The position numbers were made by a program, and so were the translations under genes. A stretch of DNA of 38,730 nt. It comes from Convolutriloba macropyga. Taxonomy: Eukaryota. The notes below the pieces were generated by a model, which saw nothing but the letters and a program-made list of their open reading frames with translations, had not been told where the DNA came from and did no database searches. The stretch spans positions 29,227,271 to 29,266,000 of the forward strand of contig NC_134473.1 in assembly GCF_964194025.1 (NCBI RefSeq), read 5' to 3'. Position 1 is the stretch's first letter. Every line of letters begins with the position of its first letter. This document shows positions 11,681 to 23,719 of the stretch, one piece after another.

Positions 11681-12052
11681 CTACGTTGATTTATGATTCG
11701 AAACGCTAAGATTATGACTCGACAGACCGGGTCATTGTTCCGAAATACCAGATTTATGAATCGAAAGACCGGGTCATTGTTCCGAAATACCAGATTTATG
11801 ATTCGAAATACAAGATGCATGACTCGAATTATGTGGATTTATGATTCGAAGTACGGGCCGCATGAATCGAATTACGTTGATTTATGATTCGAAACGCTAA
11901 GGTTATGACTTGACAGACCGGGTCATTGTTCTGAAAAAGCAGATTTATGAATAGAAAGACCGGGTCATTGTTCTGAAATACAAGATTTATGAATAGAAAG
12001 ACCGGGTCATTGTTCCGAAATATCAGATATATGATTCGACTTACCGGGTCAT
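11681..12052. repeat. Hierarchical minisatellite: about 21-bp unit, 42-bp dimer, about 191-bp duplication
   Basis: GACCGGGTCATTGTTCCGAAATACCAGATTTATGAATCGAAA at 11725 and 11767. TACGTTGATTTATGATTCGAAACGCTAAG at about 11682 and 11873. Confidence 0.9.
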
Positions 12053-13302
12053 TAACTCCTTCCGGGTCCGTGTATTTAACGACCCTGAATGGCACCCCCC
12101 CCCCAGACGACGTTTTGTGGAGTCATATTTCTACCACCTCGCCCCGGGTTCCAGCAAGAGAAACTTGAAGGCAGCTAAAAAGTAGCAGACTTCGTCCCGG
12201 CAAAATTGACGCAAATTAAATGCATTGAACGAACCTCCCATTCATCTTAGAATCCTGGGACGGTCATTTGTCGCTAAATTTCACGCCATTAGGCGCTAGT
12301 GTTCACATTTTAATTTACTCAATTCCGCATCACACATTCCCACGGGTACAGAATCGAACTACCGGAATGAAAGGAAGCCTAATTGATGATTAATTTCAAA
12401 AATTTCCTTCTCGATTAAGTTTGATGTCAACTATATTTACTATTAAAATTCGGCAATAGAGTTTTAGGATAATTACATGCTGAAAATGGTGTATATTTAT
12501 CCGTTAAAACTCCGACAAAATGTAAGGCTTTTTCCACGATATAATTAACTTATTTCCAAGTAAATAATTTCCATCGCTGAAAAAATATATGAATCATGAA
12601 AATTGCAATCACGTTTTGGTCAATCGATTCCACAAAACGCCAAATTTGTTGATAATTGCTTGTTCGGACAATGGCACAGAATAGGAACACAGAAAGAACT
12701 GAATTATTGAACTATGGATTGATGAAGATGAAATAGAACATGAAGAGGATGAATTAGGAGAGAAACAAGTTTCAGTTTAACTTCAATTTTGTCTTCAATT
12801 TTGCTACTTCTTAGCCTCGTTTCTGGCTGCTTACCTGGAAAAGTAATTTGCGGAAGTGCAAAATTTTGCATGTTTAAGAGTTTTTTTTTCAAATACTGTT
12901 GAGCATCAAAACAGCTGTTAAACAAAAAGCGCGAAACTCCTTTCTGGTCACACTTTAAGTTGTGACTTCTGAAGGGCTGCAGATTTAACAACAGTTAGCA
13001 CTGTTTACTCGAGGATAGTAAAAATTCCAAAACGATAATTCCTTCGGCAGTTGAAATTTCCCAACAAGAGTAGTAGCACACAATCTAAACAATATGTCAA
13101 TGTGTATAAATGAACTGGCTCCTTGCAAAAAAAGTGCCTAACTCTCTTCGGTTTTGTTTTGCCTACCCAGGTTGAATTGCCAGACCGAAAATTGATATAA
13201 CGGACCGTCCCAACCGGAAAGCGTCTATGTCCAGAGATATATTCAAAGATTTATTCGGCATAAAACTCAAAAGTTGGAAGTATTTCAAAACTTGGCTCAA
13301 AG

Positions 13303-15010
13303 TTTAGCAGCTCTGTTGTTCCAATCTTATGTTCTAAAAAGCTCTCTCTTTGCTGCTTGAAATATTACGGTTACGGTGAGACGTTATTACTAAAATTGTT
13401 TATTAATTCGTACGTTATATATAATGTGTTTCCTCAAGCCTCTCTGTCAAAAACGGCTAACTGAAAAGAACTTGATTATTGTTTTTGCTGGAAATGATTG
13501 ACATCCGTTCCCAGAGGGTGAAATGGACTAAGAAGAAACCTCGGGGTTTAGCAAAACGAAAAACGAACTTTTCCGGAAGAGAATTATGCAACTTCAAAAG
13601 TCTCAAAAACTAATTGCAGATATCATCTTTTTTTTTTAAAAAAATGTCAAATTAGAAATTATAACAATACATTTTAGTTACCAGCTAATGAAGTTTTTTT
13701 AATAGCAAATACTGCATAAGAAAAATTTTTTGGTCTTCAAATTGATTCAAGGAACAGAGGACACATTCCAAAGTTATACAACTTCAAAAGTCTCAAAAAC
13801 TGATTGCAGATAATGTCTTTTAAAATAAAAAAGTCAAATTTGAAGTTATAACAATATATTTTAGTTAACAGCCGATGAAATTTTTTGATAGCAAGTACTG
13901 CACAAGGGAAATTTTTTGGTCTTCAACTTGACTCAGGGAAGAGAGGGAAGTTCCATGAACCTTGAGCCAGTTTTCTTTCTGCTCAGAAAACTTCTTGTAG
14001 CTTTACACTGACTTGATACTGTTGATTATTGCAAGAAAATTGAAATCAGTCGAAGCGGAATCTCATGGTGTATAAAAAATCTATTGTCGAGTACTAATAA
14101 CTTCTCTGACTTCAATCACAGCCTTTTAGCGGATTTCGTTGGAACTTAGCCTACCTGAATCTCGGATAATACTGACATTTGATTTAGTTCGTGTCTGAAT
14201 CGACTAATAGGATGGCCTTTTTTTAGTTGCGGGTTTTTTTGGGCTTCAAAATAGAAGCTACTGGCCAGGTTCACCCAGAACGCTCACGCTAACTTATGCG
14301 TTGATTGTAAATATGCTACCATGGAAGTCAAAATTTTCAATGTGTTTTTCAATTGAAAACATTATACACATGATAAGCTACAGTTTAAAATCCTACCATT
14401 TTAGCAGTTCTGTTGTTTCAATCTTATGTTCTAAAGAGCCCTCTCTTTGCTGCTTGAAACATTACGGTGAGATGTTTTTACTAAAATTGTTTTTTAAATC
14501 GCATTTTGTATATAATGTGTTTCCTCAAGCTTCTCTGTCAAAAGCGGCTAACTGAAAAGAACTTGATTATTGTTTTTCCTGGAAATGATTAACATCGGTT
14601 CCCAACTGGCGGACTAAATGCAAAAAATTATTCTCAGAGTTGAGCAACACGAAAACAGAATTTTTCTGGACGAAAATTATACAACGTTAAAAGTCTCAAA
14701 AGCTGATTGCAGATAATACCTTTTGAAATAAAAAAGTCAAATTAGAAATTGATTTTGCTGGAACTTAGCCCACTTGAATCTCGGATAATACTGCCATTTG
14801 ATTTAGTTTGTGTCTAAATCGACGAATTGGATGGCTCTTTTTTCAGTTGCGAGTTTTGCTTGAGCTTCAAAATAGAAGCTACTGGCCAAGTTCACCCTGA
14901 ACGCGCGCGCTAATTTTTGAGTTGATCGTTAAAATGCTGATCTCAAGGTCACATTTTTTAGTGTTTTCTTTCAATTGAAAATGTTTTACTCATGATAAGC
15001 TACAGTTTAA
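13303..15010. repeat. Nested local tandem duplications
   Basis: 13303-13660 matches 14400-14750, 13588-13760 matches 13779-13945, and 14132-14390 matches 14751-15010. Confidence 0.9.
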
Positions 15011-18000
15011 ATTCCATTCATTGAGCCACTTTATTTTAATTACTATAACTCTAAAAATAACTATTATGTTTAGATATTCAGAGGGCCCGTAATAGAAACC
15101 GACTGTCATTGCAAAATAAGACGCCACGCATAAAAAATTGGGGTATTTTCCTTTTTTGTGCCCGCAGTTTTGTGGGCGCTTTTTATTTGCACCCCCAGAC
15201 AGACGCACCTGCCATATTTTAACATAATTCTTTACTATGTAACGGCACGTGCTCAGTAAATTGAGGGCGCACAACGTATTGGGGGAACAAACGAAAGAGA
15301 TCCAATTTTTTTTCCATACGAATTTTAGCCACAGCACCTTTGATAGGAGACGGCTAATCTTTGTTAAAAATGGAGTACAATATAATAAGTCCTTTTCAAC
15401 TTCAATTGCTAGGCGCAAATATTATGCAAGAAGCAGTATTTTTCTGTATTGAAAGTCATTATTCTAATCCAGTTTTAAAGTTTTTCAAAAATTGTTGGCT
15501 GTTTTTCGAAATTTATGAGGCTGAGTCAAGGCAAAGAAATTATCTAGAGTGATTCTCTACAGCAAAAAAGTAACCGTGGGGGAAAAATCGAATTCATAAG
15601 AGGCAAAGTTAGCATTAATTGCTACTTCTTGACAATAAGCGCTACTCTAGTGTGCAATAAAAAATTACGTTAAATTTTGAGAATTAACATCACAATAAAC
15701 GGTACAATTTGAAACTATGCAATTTAACAAATTTAGTGATATTTGTTATTTTTTTGCAATGAAAAGTTTTGAGGGAAGCAAATTAATCATAATATGAGAA
15801 ATAATTACTTCATAAAATTGAACTGTAAACAAATCTTGATTATTTGGGGCTCCGAAAAAATACTGGTAGCCTGATGAAATTGGCTCAAAATTTGATGATA
15901 AAATTTAACAACAAATGTTTCTACTTTATGTTTAAGTAAAAATNNNNNNNNNNNNNNNNNNNNNNNNNNNNNNNNNNNNNNNNNNNNNNNNNNNNNNNNN
16001 NNNNNNNNNNNNNNNNNNNNNNNNNNNNNNNNNNNNNNNNNNNNNNNNNNNNNNNNNNNNNNNNNNNNNNNNNNNNNNNNNNNNNNNNNNNNNAAATAGA
16101 GAGCGGAAGCATTTTTTCAGATATAATCCATCGTATTCCTAGGCATCATCTGAAAACATAATCACATAATAATTGAGCAAAAAATGATGTTTAAATAAAA
16201 AAATTGGTTGTTTTTAGCAATATGAAATATTTTCACAAAATTTAAAAAACAATTCAAATTGCACACATGCTATATTTATCTAGCTTNNNNNNNNNNNNNN
16301 NNNNNNNNNNNNNNNNNNNNNNNNNNNNNNNNNNNNNNNNNNNNNNNNNNNNNNNNNNNNNNNNNNNNNNNNNNNNNNNNNNNNNNNNNNNNNNNNNNNN
16401 NNNNNNNNNNNNNNNNNNNNNNNNNNNNNNNNNNNNNNNNNNNNNNNNNNNNNNNNNNNNNNNNNNNNNNNNNNNNNNNNNNNNNNCTTATTAGCAGAAA
16501 AATCAACCTTCTGCTGTTCTAAACGAAATTTGGGTTGTTGGTTATGTGTTGACTGACGTTTCTAGAGCATAGGAATGTGTTTTTATAAGATATTCGCGAG
16601 TTTTAGGTAATGATAGTTTGTGATTATTTCCCTTGTCTTTTTCATACAGACCGGTATCAAGGAATACATCTGAAATAAAATAAGACGCACTTGGAAAATT
16701 GAAGTCTTATCTGTCAATTTATTTTTTTAACTGCTTATAACGTCTTATCCATTAGCGGCTTCAAAAATTTGGTTTTGCTAATTTAGATCTAAAATTCTCT
16801 TTTTTGTTTGTTTTCGTATGCTTAGGTCGCACTACTAGCGCGCAAAATTAGTTTATTTAATTGTAAGCTCATGATTTGTTTAGATTTTTGGAAAAATTAT
16901 TTTATAGTGCATCAATGAATTTTTGATCTTTGTCTCTCTCTCATTTTATTTGTCAGTATTGTAGCTTGGTGTCTAAAACAACAGGTCACATCCTTCCTCC
17001 AGTGATCCATGATCCAATAACTATACTCATTTTATTTTCATCTAATTGTTCCTTGGATTCGATTCTTATCATTTTCAATCCGAAATATGCAATTTTTGTA
17101 CCTTTGCCCGATTCTGATTTAATTTGTTTTCTTGGCCCTTATTAGTAATGGGGTGACCTAATTGGCTTTGCAAGAATGTGCCATTGAAGAAATTTCAGGT
17201 TTTCCTTGAAGAACCTATGGTTTTAACGGTTGCTACACCGTTTTCTTGTTAAATTTAATTGATTTCTTTGTTTCTGCCGTTCTTTTCGTAATTGTCTGTT
17301 ATATTATGATTAGTGGCAGGTCTCAATTGCTTTTCTGTTAGGTATAAACTAATCTTTTTAGTTCATTGGGTGCATAGTCATTGATGTTAATTGATTTGAA
17401 TTCAGGTGGGCATTTTCAGAAACTGAAAGGTTTTTTGAACGTTACCCCTTTTTGCTCTTCTTTGTCTATTTGTTACCGAGTCTCATTTTTGTTAGGTATC
17501 ATATCTTATCTAATGAAATACAGGTTAATATGTTTAAATCAAGTTCTATACAATTTTGTTTCTTGAGTTGTATTTTTTTTAGTATAGACATCGTGTTTTG
17601 ATCGGAATAGACGTTTGCTATTTATTGATTTTTTTATTTGTCTTGACCAGTACTCTCCTAAATAGCAAGTCTCATCGGCTCTCTAACCCTGCCTTTTATT
17701 CACTGAGTGGTGTGTTGAACTATATGTAAAAATTTTTAACTCCCTTCATTTGGTAGACAATAAAGTCAAAATGTTGATGAGTGGGGTCAGAGCATTATAT
17801 GCGAGCGCACTTTGTCGAGCCTCCTTGTTTTGACAACATATTCTAAAAATTGATTTGAAAATTGATTAAGTTAAGTTTTATAAAAACTTTGAAACCATTT
17901 TTTTGCTGTAGAGTATTGCCAAAAATTAATGAAAAGTGCAAACATATTGATCGGGCGGTCATAAAGTATATCGCATAAGTCTAACGATGAAAAATTGTAG

Positions 18001-18100
18001 TTGTATAATTTTTTTTAAATGTCAAGGTTAGGTTCACAATCCGCCAAAAAATATTGTACCGAAGATTGATTTTCGCAATTGTTTTTTTGTTAGACTGTAG

Positions 18101-18690
18101 ATTCGCAAGTGCAGTCATCAGACATAACAGTGTTTTAATGAAAAGCATGGAAAGGATTTCCAGAATCCTATACGTGGATCCCCGAAATACCTGTTAAAGC
18201 TAAACATCTGTTCCAAAAACAAATGGCTGAATTTCTTTGATGGGTTTTAAAGTACTTTGGTATTTCAAGAACACAGCGTGAGATACCACAACGAAGACTT
18301 CTGTCTCATTTTTAAGTTCTATAAAAGCTTGTTTGTTGAGGCACAATGGTGTATGCTTCTGTCTTTTGATAATGTGTCCGAAACTGTGTGCTTCAATTTC
18401 TCGGAAGCAAACAGGAAGTATTTGGAAATTTAATTTGCTAAGAGACTGAAAACATAAAAACTGGGTTGCGACTTGGACCATATGACAAAGAGCACATATA
18501 GCATATCGGTTCTTGTGGAATCATGCCGCTGGAAGTGTAAACAAGGGGCATTTGTGGACATAAGTAACAATGATGGGAAAGTTATCGCAAAAGTTGAGTG
18601 ATAAAGAAAGCCATTTGATTCTTTAACATTCGAGTGGGTCTTTTTCAAGGCAACACGTGACGTGGAAAGTTGTGATGCAGTCATCAAAAA
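18101..18690 (+). pseudogene. NNMT/PNMT/TEMT-family methyltransferase pseudo-exon, copy 1
   Basis: After a TGTAG acceptor: KLVC*GTMVY (motif-I-like), then FDNVSETVCFNFSEANRKYLEI*FAK (from 18365; compare NNMT [21 protein letters not shown]), then PFDSLTFEWVFFKATRDVESCDAVIK (from 18611; compare [25 protein letters not shown]). Stops and frameshifts present. Confidence 0.7.
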
Positions 18691-19881
18691 AACACCTCTT
18701 TTATTTTAGAATTTTATCTTATCTTGAAAATTTGAAAACTTTGACATTACGGTCGTCTACAGGTACCAAAAAAACTACCTACAAAGAAAATGGATGGCGC
18801 TTTGCCAATTTACTTTCAATGTGAAAAGCGCACAAACATTGTGAAAGTAGTTTCCACGAAGCAATAAAAATTTTTAAAATGAAAATTTGGGTCAATTAAA
18901 ATGAAAAGTAGTTTAGTTTGGCTGTAAGGACATTTCACGAAAATTTAATCCCTTCTTAATTTAATGAAGTTGAATTTTGGGATAATAATTCATTTTTAAA
19001 AATATGAGGCTTTGTACTTCAATTCATCTGCGGCACAATTCTTTGTTGAATGCACTTCCGCAAAAAAAATTAGCGGTGGAAAGCAGTTTTCGTTTTTCAA
19101 CTTCCAGTTTAGAAGTGAAATGAAAAACACTGACAGGAATTTCTAAACAGGGTTCCGCATTTTGATCGGTGGAGTTTGTAAATATATTTCATAGGCACAA
19201 AAAATGAACAAGGTATTAAAAACGAGTAAATTCACTCAAAAAATTAGAACAGGTTTGCTAACGCAGAAAAAATATTGCTTGCTAACGCAGCAATATTTTT
19301 TCACTTAAATGTATGTTAAACGATATATAAAATTTTCTATCTGCCCTCAATTGGTAGACAATTCAGGCAAAAATGTGGATGAGCGGAGTCGAAACATTAT
19401 GTGTTAACCATATTATTGAGCCGTTTTGTTTTGACTTCATAATCTAAATATCGATTATAAAAATGGCTTAAAGAGTTTTATAAAAAAGAAAAGGGCTTCA
19501 ATCCTTTGAATTGAAAAAAGTGGACAATTGAAATTTCGAGAGATCTCCCGAGATGAAATATATTTCTTTGCGCAGGACTAACGATTCAGCTTAATGCAAA
19601 GCCAATGTTCACCCGAAATTGATTTTTAAATTACCATTTTCTTTGGTGTACCTCTTCATTGTTAAATACTGATCGCTTGGTCATAAAGTTTCTGGCATAA
19701 TTCTAACGATGAAAAAATACAGTTTTGTTACAATTTTTTACCTGTCAAGGTCAGATTCAAAACGAGCCAAAATAGGTTGAGCTTGGAAATGTTAGCAATT
19801 GACATCATATAATGTAATGTGTTAAGGAAAATTATGTACGAAAGATTGATTTTTGCAAATTTTTTCATAGTTAGAATGTAG

Positions 19882-20333
19882 GTTTGCAAGTGCAGTCATC
19901 AGGCATAACAGTTTTAGTGTTGTAATAAACAGCATGACAAGAATTTCTAGAAGCCCCAGACATGAATCCCCGAATTGCCTCTGAAATGTTCAGCCCGGGC
20001 AATTTTAAACTAAAACCTCTTCCAAAAATAAATGGCTCATTTTCTTTGTTGGATTTTAAAATGATTCACTAATTTGAATTCCCAAGAGACTGAAATCGTA
20101 GAAATTGTGTGCGACTGGGACAAATTGAAAAAGTGGACATATAGCAAACCGGATTTAGTGCAATTGTTCTGCAAGAATTATCAACAAGTGACATTTCTGG
20201 ACCTAAGTAATGATGATGGGAAAGTTTCGCAGAAGTTGAGGAATCAAAAAACCCTTTGATTTGGTCACATCCGAGTGGGTTTTTGTCGAGGCATCATGTG
20301 ACTTAGAAAATTTTGAAAAAGCCATCAAAAAAA
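19882..20333 (+). pseudogene. NNMT/PNMT/TEMT-family methyltransferase pseudo-exon, copy 2
   Basis: VCDWDKLKKW (FDW-like motif), QQVTFLDLS, a 1-nt frameshift, then PFDLVTSEWVFVEASCDLENFEKAIKK followed by a GTACG donor-like site. Lacks the about 170 bp carrying the motif-I-like segment of copy 1. Confidence 0.7.
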
Positions 20334-20594
20334 GTACGCCTCGAGTTTTATCTTATCTTGAAAATTTGAAAATTTTGGAATTACGGGCGTCTACAGGTAC
20401 AAAAAAAAACTGCGTACAAAGAAAGTGACTGGCACTTTGCGAATTGACATTCAATGTCGAAAGCGCATAAATTTGTGAAAGTGTTTTCCACAAACCAATA
20501 AAAACTTTTAAAATAAAAATTTGGATTAAACAAATATGAAAAGTAGTTAGGTTTGACTGTAAGGGCCTTTAACAAAATTTAAATCCTTTGACGA

Positions 20595-22170
20595 TTAAAT
20601 GAAATTAGTTTCAAGATAACCATTAATTTAAGGAAAATGAGGCTTTGTACTGCTACTCATCCACCGTAAAATTCATTGTGGAATGCACATACGCAAAAAG
20701 TATTTTGCGGTGGAAAGCAGATTTCACTATTCAAATTCAATTCCAGTTTAAAAGTTGAATGAAAAACACTGACTGGAATTTCCAGATAGGGTACTACCAT
20801 TTGATCCGCGGAGTTTGTAAGTACGAAACAAAGGCTTAATGTATTAATATAGGCAAAGATAAATCTGTCGAAGAAAGGATTAATTTCACTCAAAGAATTA
20901 ATACCAGTTGACGCTCGTAATTGATGTGGTTGTGGTAAATTTTTGTAACTTCATCATCAACTTTGCGGAGAATTTCTTAATTTAGAGAAAATTTTTTGCT
21001 GATGTTTCCTAAATTTACCATAATTTAATTAGTTGAATTGCCTAAATTACATACACGTTCTCCGTGATATTCGCAAATTTTTGAAATTTGCAGTTAACTT
21101 CCTATCTACCTCTCATATTTTTGCAGTTATTCCTAGAACTGAAACAAAGCTCAACCGGACCTACATCAGAATCAATTTTAGTATTGACAGAAGCCAATTT
21201 TAGCTGACAGAAACCAATCAATGATCAGCTTGTATTGATGCAGGCTTTGCACCTTCAAAAGTTTTTTTCCAGGTTTTTACTACTTATTCTCAAGATATTT
21301 TCAAATTACAATGCATTTCTACGTTGCACAAGTGAGTAAAACAAAAAAATCACTCAGTACTTAAAACATAAAACCGTCATCAACAAAATCAAAACAAAAA
21401 AGGAATTCAAGATAAATCAAGCTTGTGCTCGACTTCACCAGGGCCGCGTGCATGAGGGTAAAACATAAGAATGATGTTCTATTTTACAAAGATGTCGAAA
21501 ATCAAGTTTATGTTATTCTTGTTTTTTCGTTCAGTAATTTCAAGCAATTTTTGGATTGTGGAAGCTGTAGAGATCATCGGTTAGCGTAATTGAAAAGGTT
21601 TGACTTCCTTGTTGTGACTTTAAAAGATTGTTGTACACTCTTTCGGGCAACAAATAATCTGGATAGACAGGTGAAACTTGGTGATCAGGAGACATTATTC
21701 ATCGGTTAATGATCCATTGTAATTGAAATACTGTGTTTTTGAATGATAAAGATTTGTGTAAGTAGTTATTGGGCTTCTTCGCAGCTATGAAAAGTTGAGT
21801 TCTTTTGAACATTGTCGAGAACATAGACTGTAGACTCTGCCGATGTGAAGGATGTCAATGAAATTATATGGGTTTACCCCAAAGAATGTAGCACTTGTCA
21901 AGCTGCTAAAGGAAACAATTAGAGAAAAATAGTTGATGATGACTGTTGTCGCTGAAGGCAGAAAAAAACTTTAAGCTGGGCTGTGCTACGTTGAACAACT
22001 TAGGCAAAATAAAATACTGCTTTTGTTTTTGCAGTTTTATTTTTTTTTTCGCTGACGTTAAGATGTGCTAGATTGATTGTATTTGTGTAAAGTTGAACAT
22101 TAGATACTTTGACTTCTGACAAGTTCTTTATGGAATTTTAAACCAAAGTTCTGTTTTAAATTTAAACTTT
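20595..22170. repeat. Left arm of a long diverged inverted repeat
   Basis: Reverse-complement matches to 23720-25312, e.g. GACAACATAGACTGTAGACTC-like vs GAGTCTACAGTCTATGTTGTCG, and GACGCTCGTAATTGA vs TCAATTACGAGCGTC. Confidence 0.9.
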
Positions 22171-22204
22171 AATGGATATTTATTTCAAATATTGTGCAAA
22201 CTTA

Positions 22205-22590
22205 AGTCAATTTGATGATGGTCTCTTCAATACTCCAGTTGATTTCCTCATTTCAAACAATTGTGCTCGTCCATCTTTTCCATTGTGGCATATTACAATT
22301 CGACCCATTGGCCAAATACATATCGGAGAACTCGTGTAATAATCAGACCGAACCAGCTTCCTTCAATTCCTCCGATTCTGTTCTCCACTTTGGGCGGCTG
22401 ATAAGATCTGAGATGTACTCCCTCTGCAACGCCTCCAAAAAAATCGAGTAAAATTTGAATGTCAGGGGACCCCTTTTTACTAAACGTTCGGTTTATTGAC
22501 GCCAAAGCTGCTAAAAGGCTGTGAAGACGTCTTAAAAAGAAGTGATTAGGGGTGAGTGATTCTTCTTCCTTCGTGTCTTTCGTCAATCAG
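22205..22590 (-). mobile_element. BEL/Pao LTR retrotransposon relic, integrase C-terminal (DUF5641-like) region
   Basis: LTPNHF, FWRR/QREYISDLISRPKW, WPMGRIVICHNGKDGRA..STGVLKRP across two frameshifts. Confidence 0.88.
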
Positions 22591-23719
22591 TCTAGGCTGC
22601 AATTTTTTTTTTAAAAAATCGGCTAGTATCAGCTGCCTAATATTATTAGTAACGTGCGTTTGACAGATTGAATTAGCTTTTCCCTGATCACACTGAAGTG
22701 AGGGGTTAGATGTGATTTCAGTTTTCACGTAATATTTGCTGCTGTTGCTGTAAATGGAACGTGATGTAGTTGTTGTCAACGCTAATTTTGCTTAGCCTCA
22801 AACTTTTTTAGCGGATGTGGGGTTCGATCCAAGGTTAGAAATGAATAACTCAGGGTATCCTCGTACCAACAAAAATCCATGGCAGCTAGTTTGCACCTAT
22901 CTGTTGCCAATCTCTGACGAACCATCATATGCATAGCTAAACCTAAAAAAACCTACATTTCCAAATTGTGATTCCTGTGCTCGATTTAATGAAACTGAGG
23001 AGGTCGGGAATTAGGGGTAACTCATTCTGGTACTCTCAATCGACGGCAAAAACAGCAAGTTTTGCTCAGTTGTTTTAAAAATGGTCTCAGTCATATAAAG
23101 ATTGAATTCTTGCTGAAGGTTTGCATGGACGAACTCTGCTCCAGGGTGTCTAAAATCTTTTTGTTGTTCAAATATTAGTTTAGAGATATTATTCTTACTT
23201 CCGGATGTCTTTGATTGTACGGTATTTTAATGTGCTTTATTCTGCCTCTCTCTCGACTGTGTTTTGTCCACAAACGGAGTGAACTGCAAAAACTTGACCC
23301 TTTTTTCTTGTTCCTTTCCCAGTTAAATGTGTCCTATGCTTTCAGAGAAAATTTTGTGCTGCAATTGTCTCAATTGGTGGTATCGTAAATCTGTTGCACT
23401 ATGGGAGCGGAATTTGTGTCCTTTGTTCGAAGCGAAATGACTGTACAGTTTGACAAAACGCAATTCTGGACGGATAATGTGGTCAAATAAGTTTGGATTA
23501 AATCGACGTAGCGCAAAAAATTTTTGAAGCCAATTGCATTAACTTTAGTAAACTCTTGGGCAGAAAATGGAAATTTAAACCCACTAAATCCAACCCTGCA
23601 GATCATAGAACAAGACGACCGTTTTTAACAGATTGAAAGAACAATGGCTGTCAGAGCCAAAATTTCTCCTAGAAAATTTTGTGCCAACTCCTGCTCTAAT
23701 ACTTGAAGCTATTTTCCAA

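Larger units (their letters stand above)
10477..12148. mobile_element. Non-autonomous CACTA/EnSpm(CMC)-like DNA transposon A
   Basis: Imperfect about 26-bp TIR (CCCGGGTTGAGGTCGTGGAAGTATGA / TCATATTTCTACCACCTCGCCCCGGG), TT on both flanks, internal repeat arrays, no transposase. Spans an N-gap, so the two ends could belong to different copies. Confidence 0.72.
17750..20900. repeat. Diverged tandem duplication, period about 1.6 kb
   Basis: TTGGTAGACAAT..GATGAG at 17750 and 19351. Collinear matches continue (TTTTATCTTATCTTGAAAATTTGAAAA, GCGGTGGAAAGCAG) to TTCACTCAAA at about 19231 and 20885. Confidence 0.92.
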
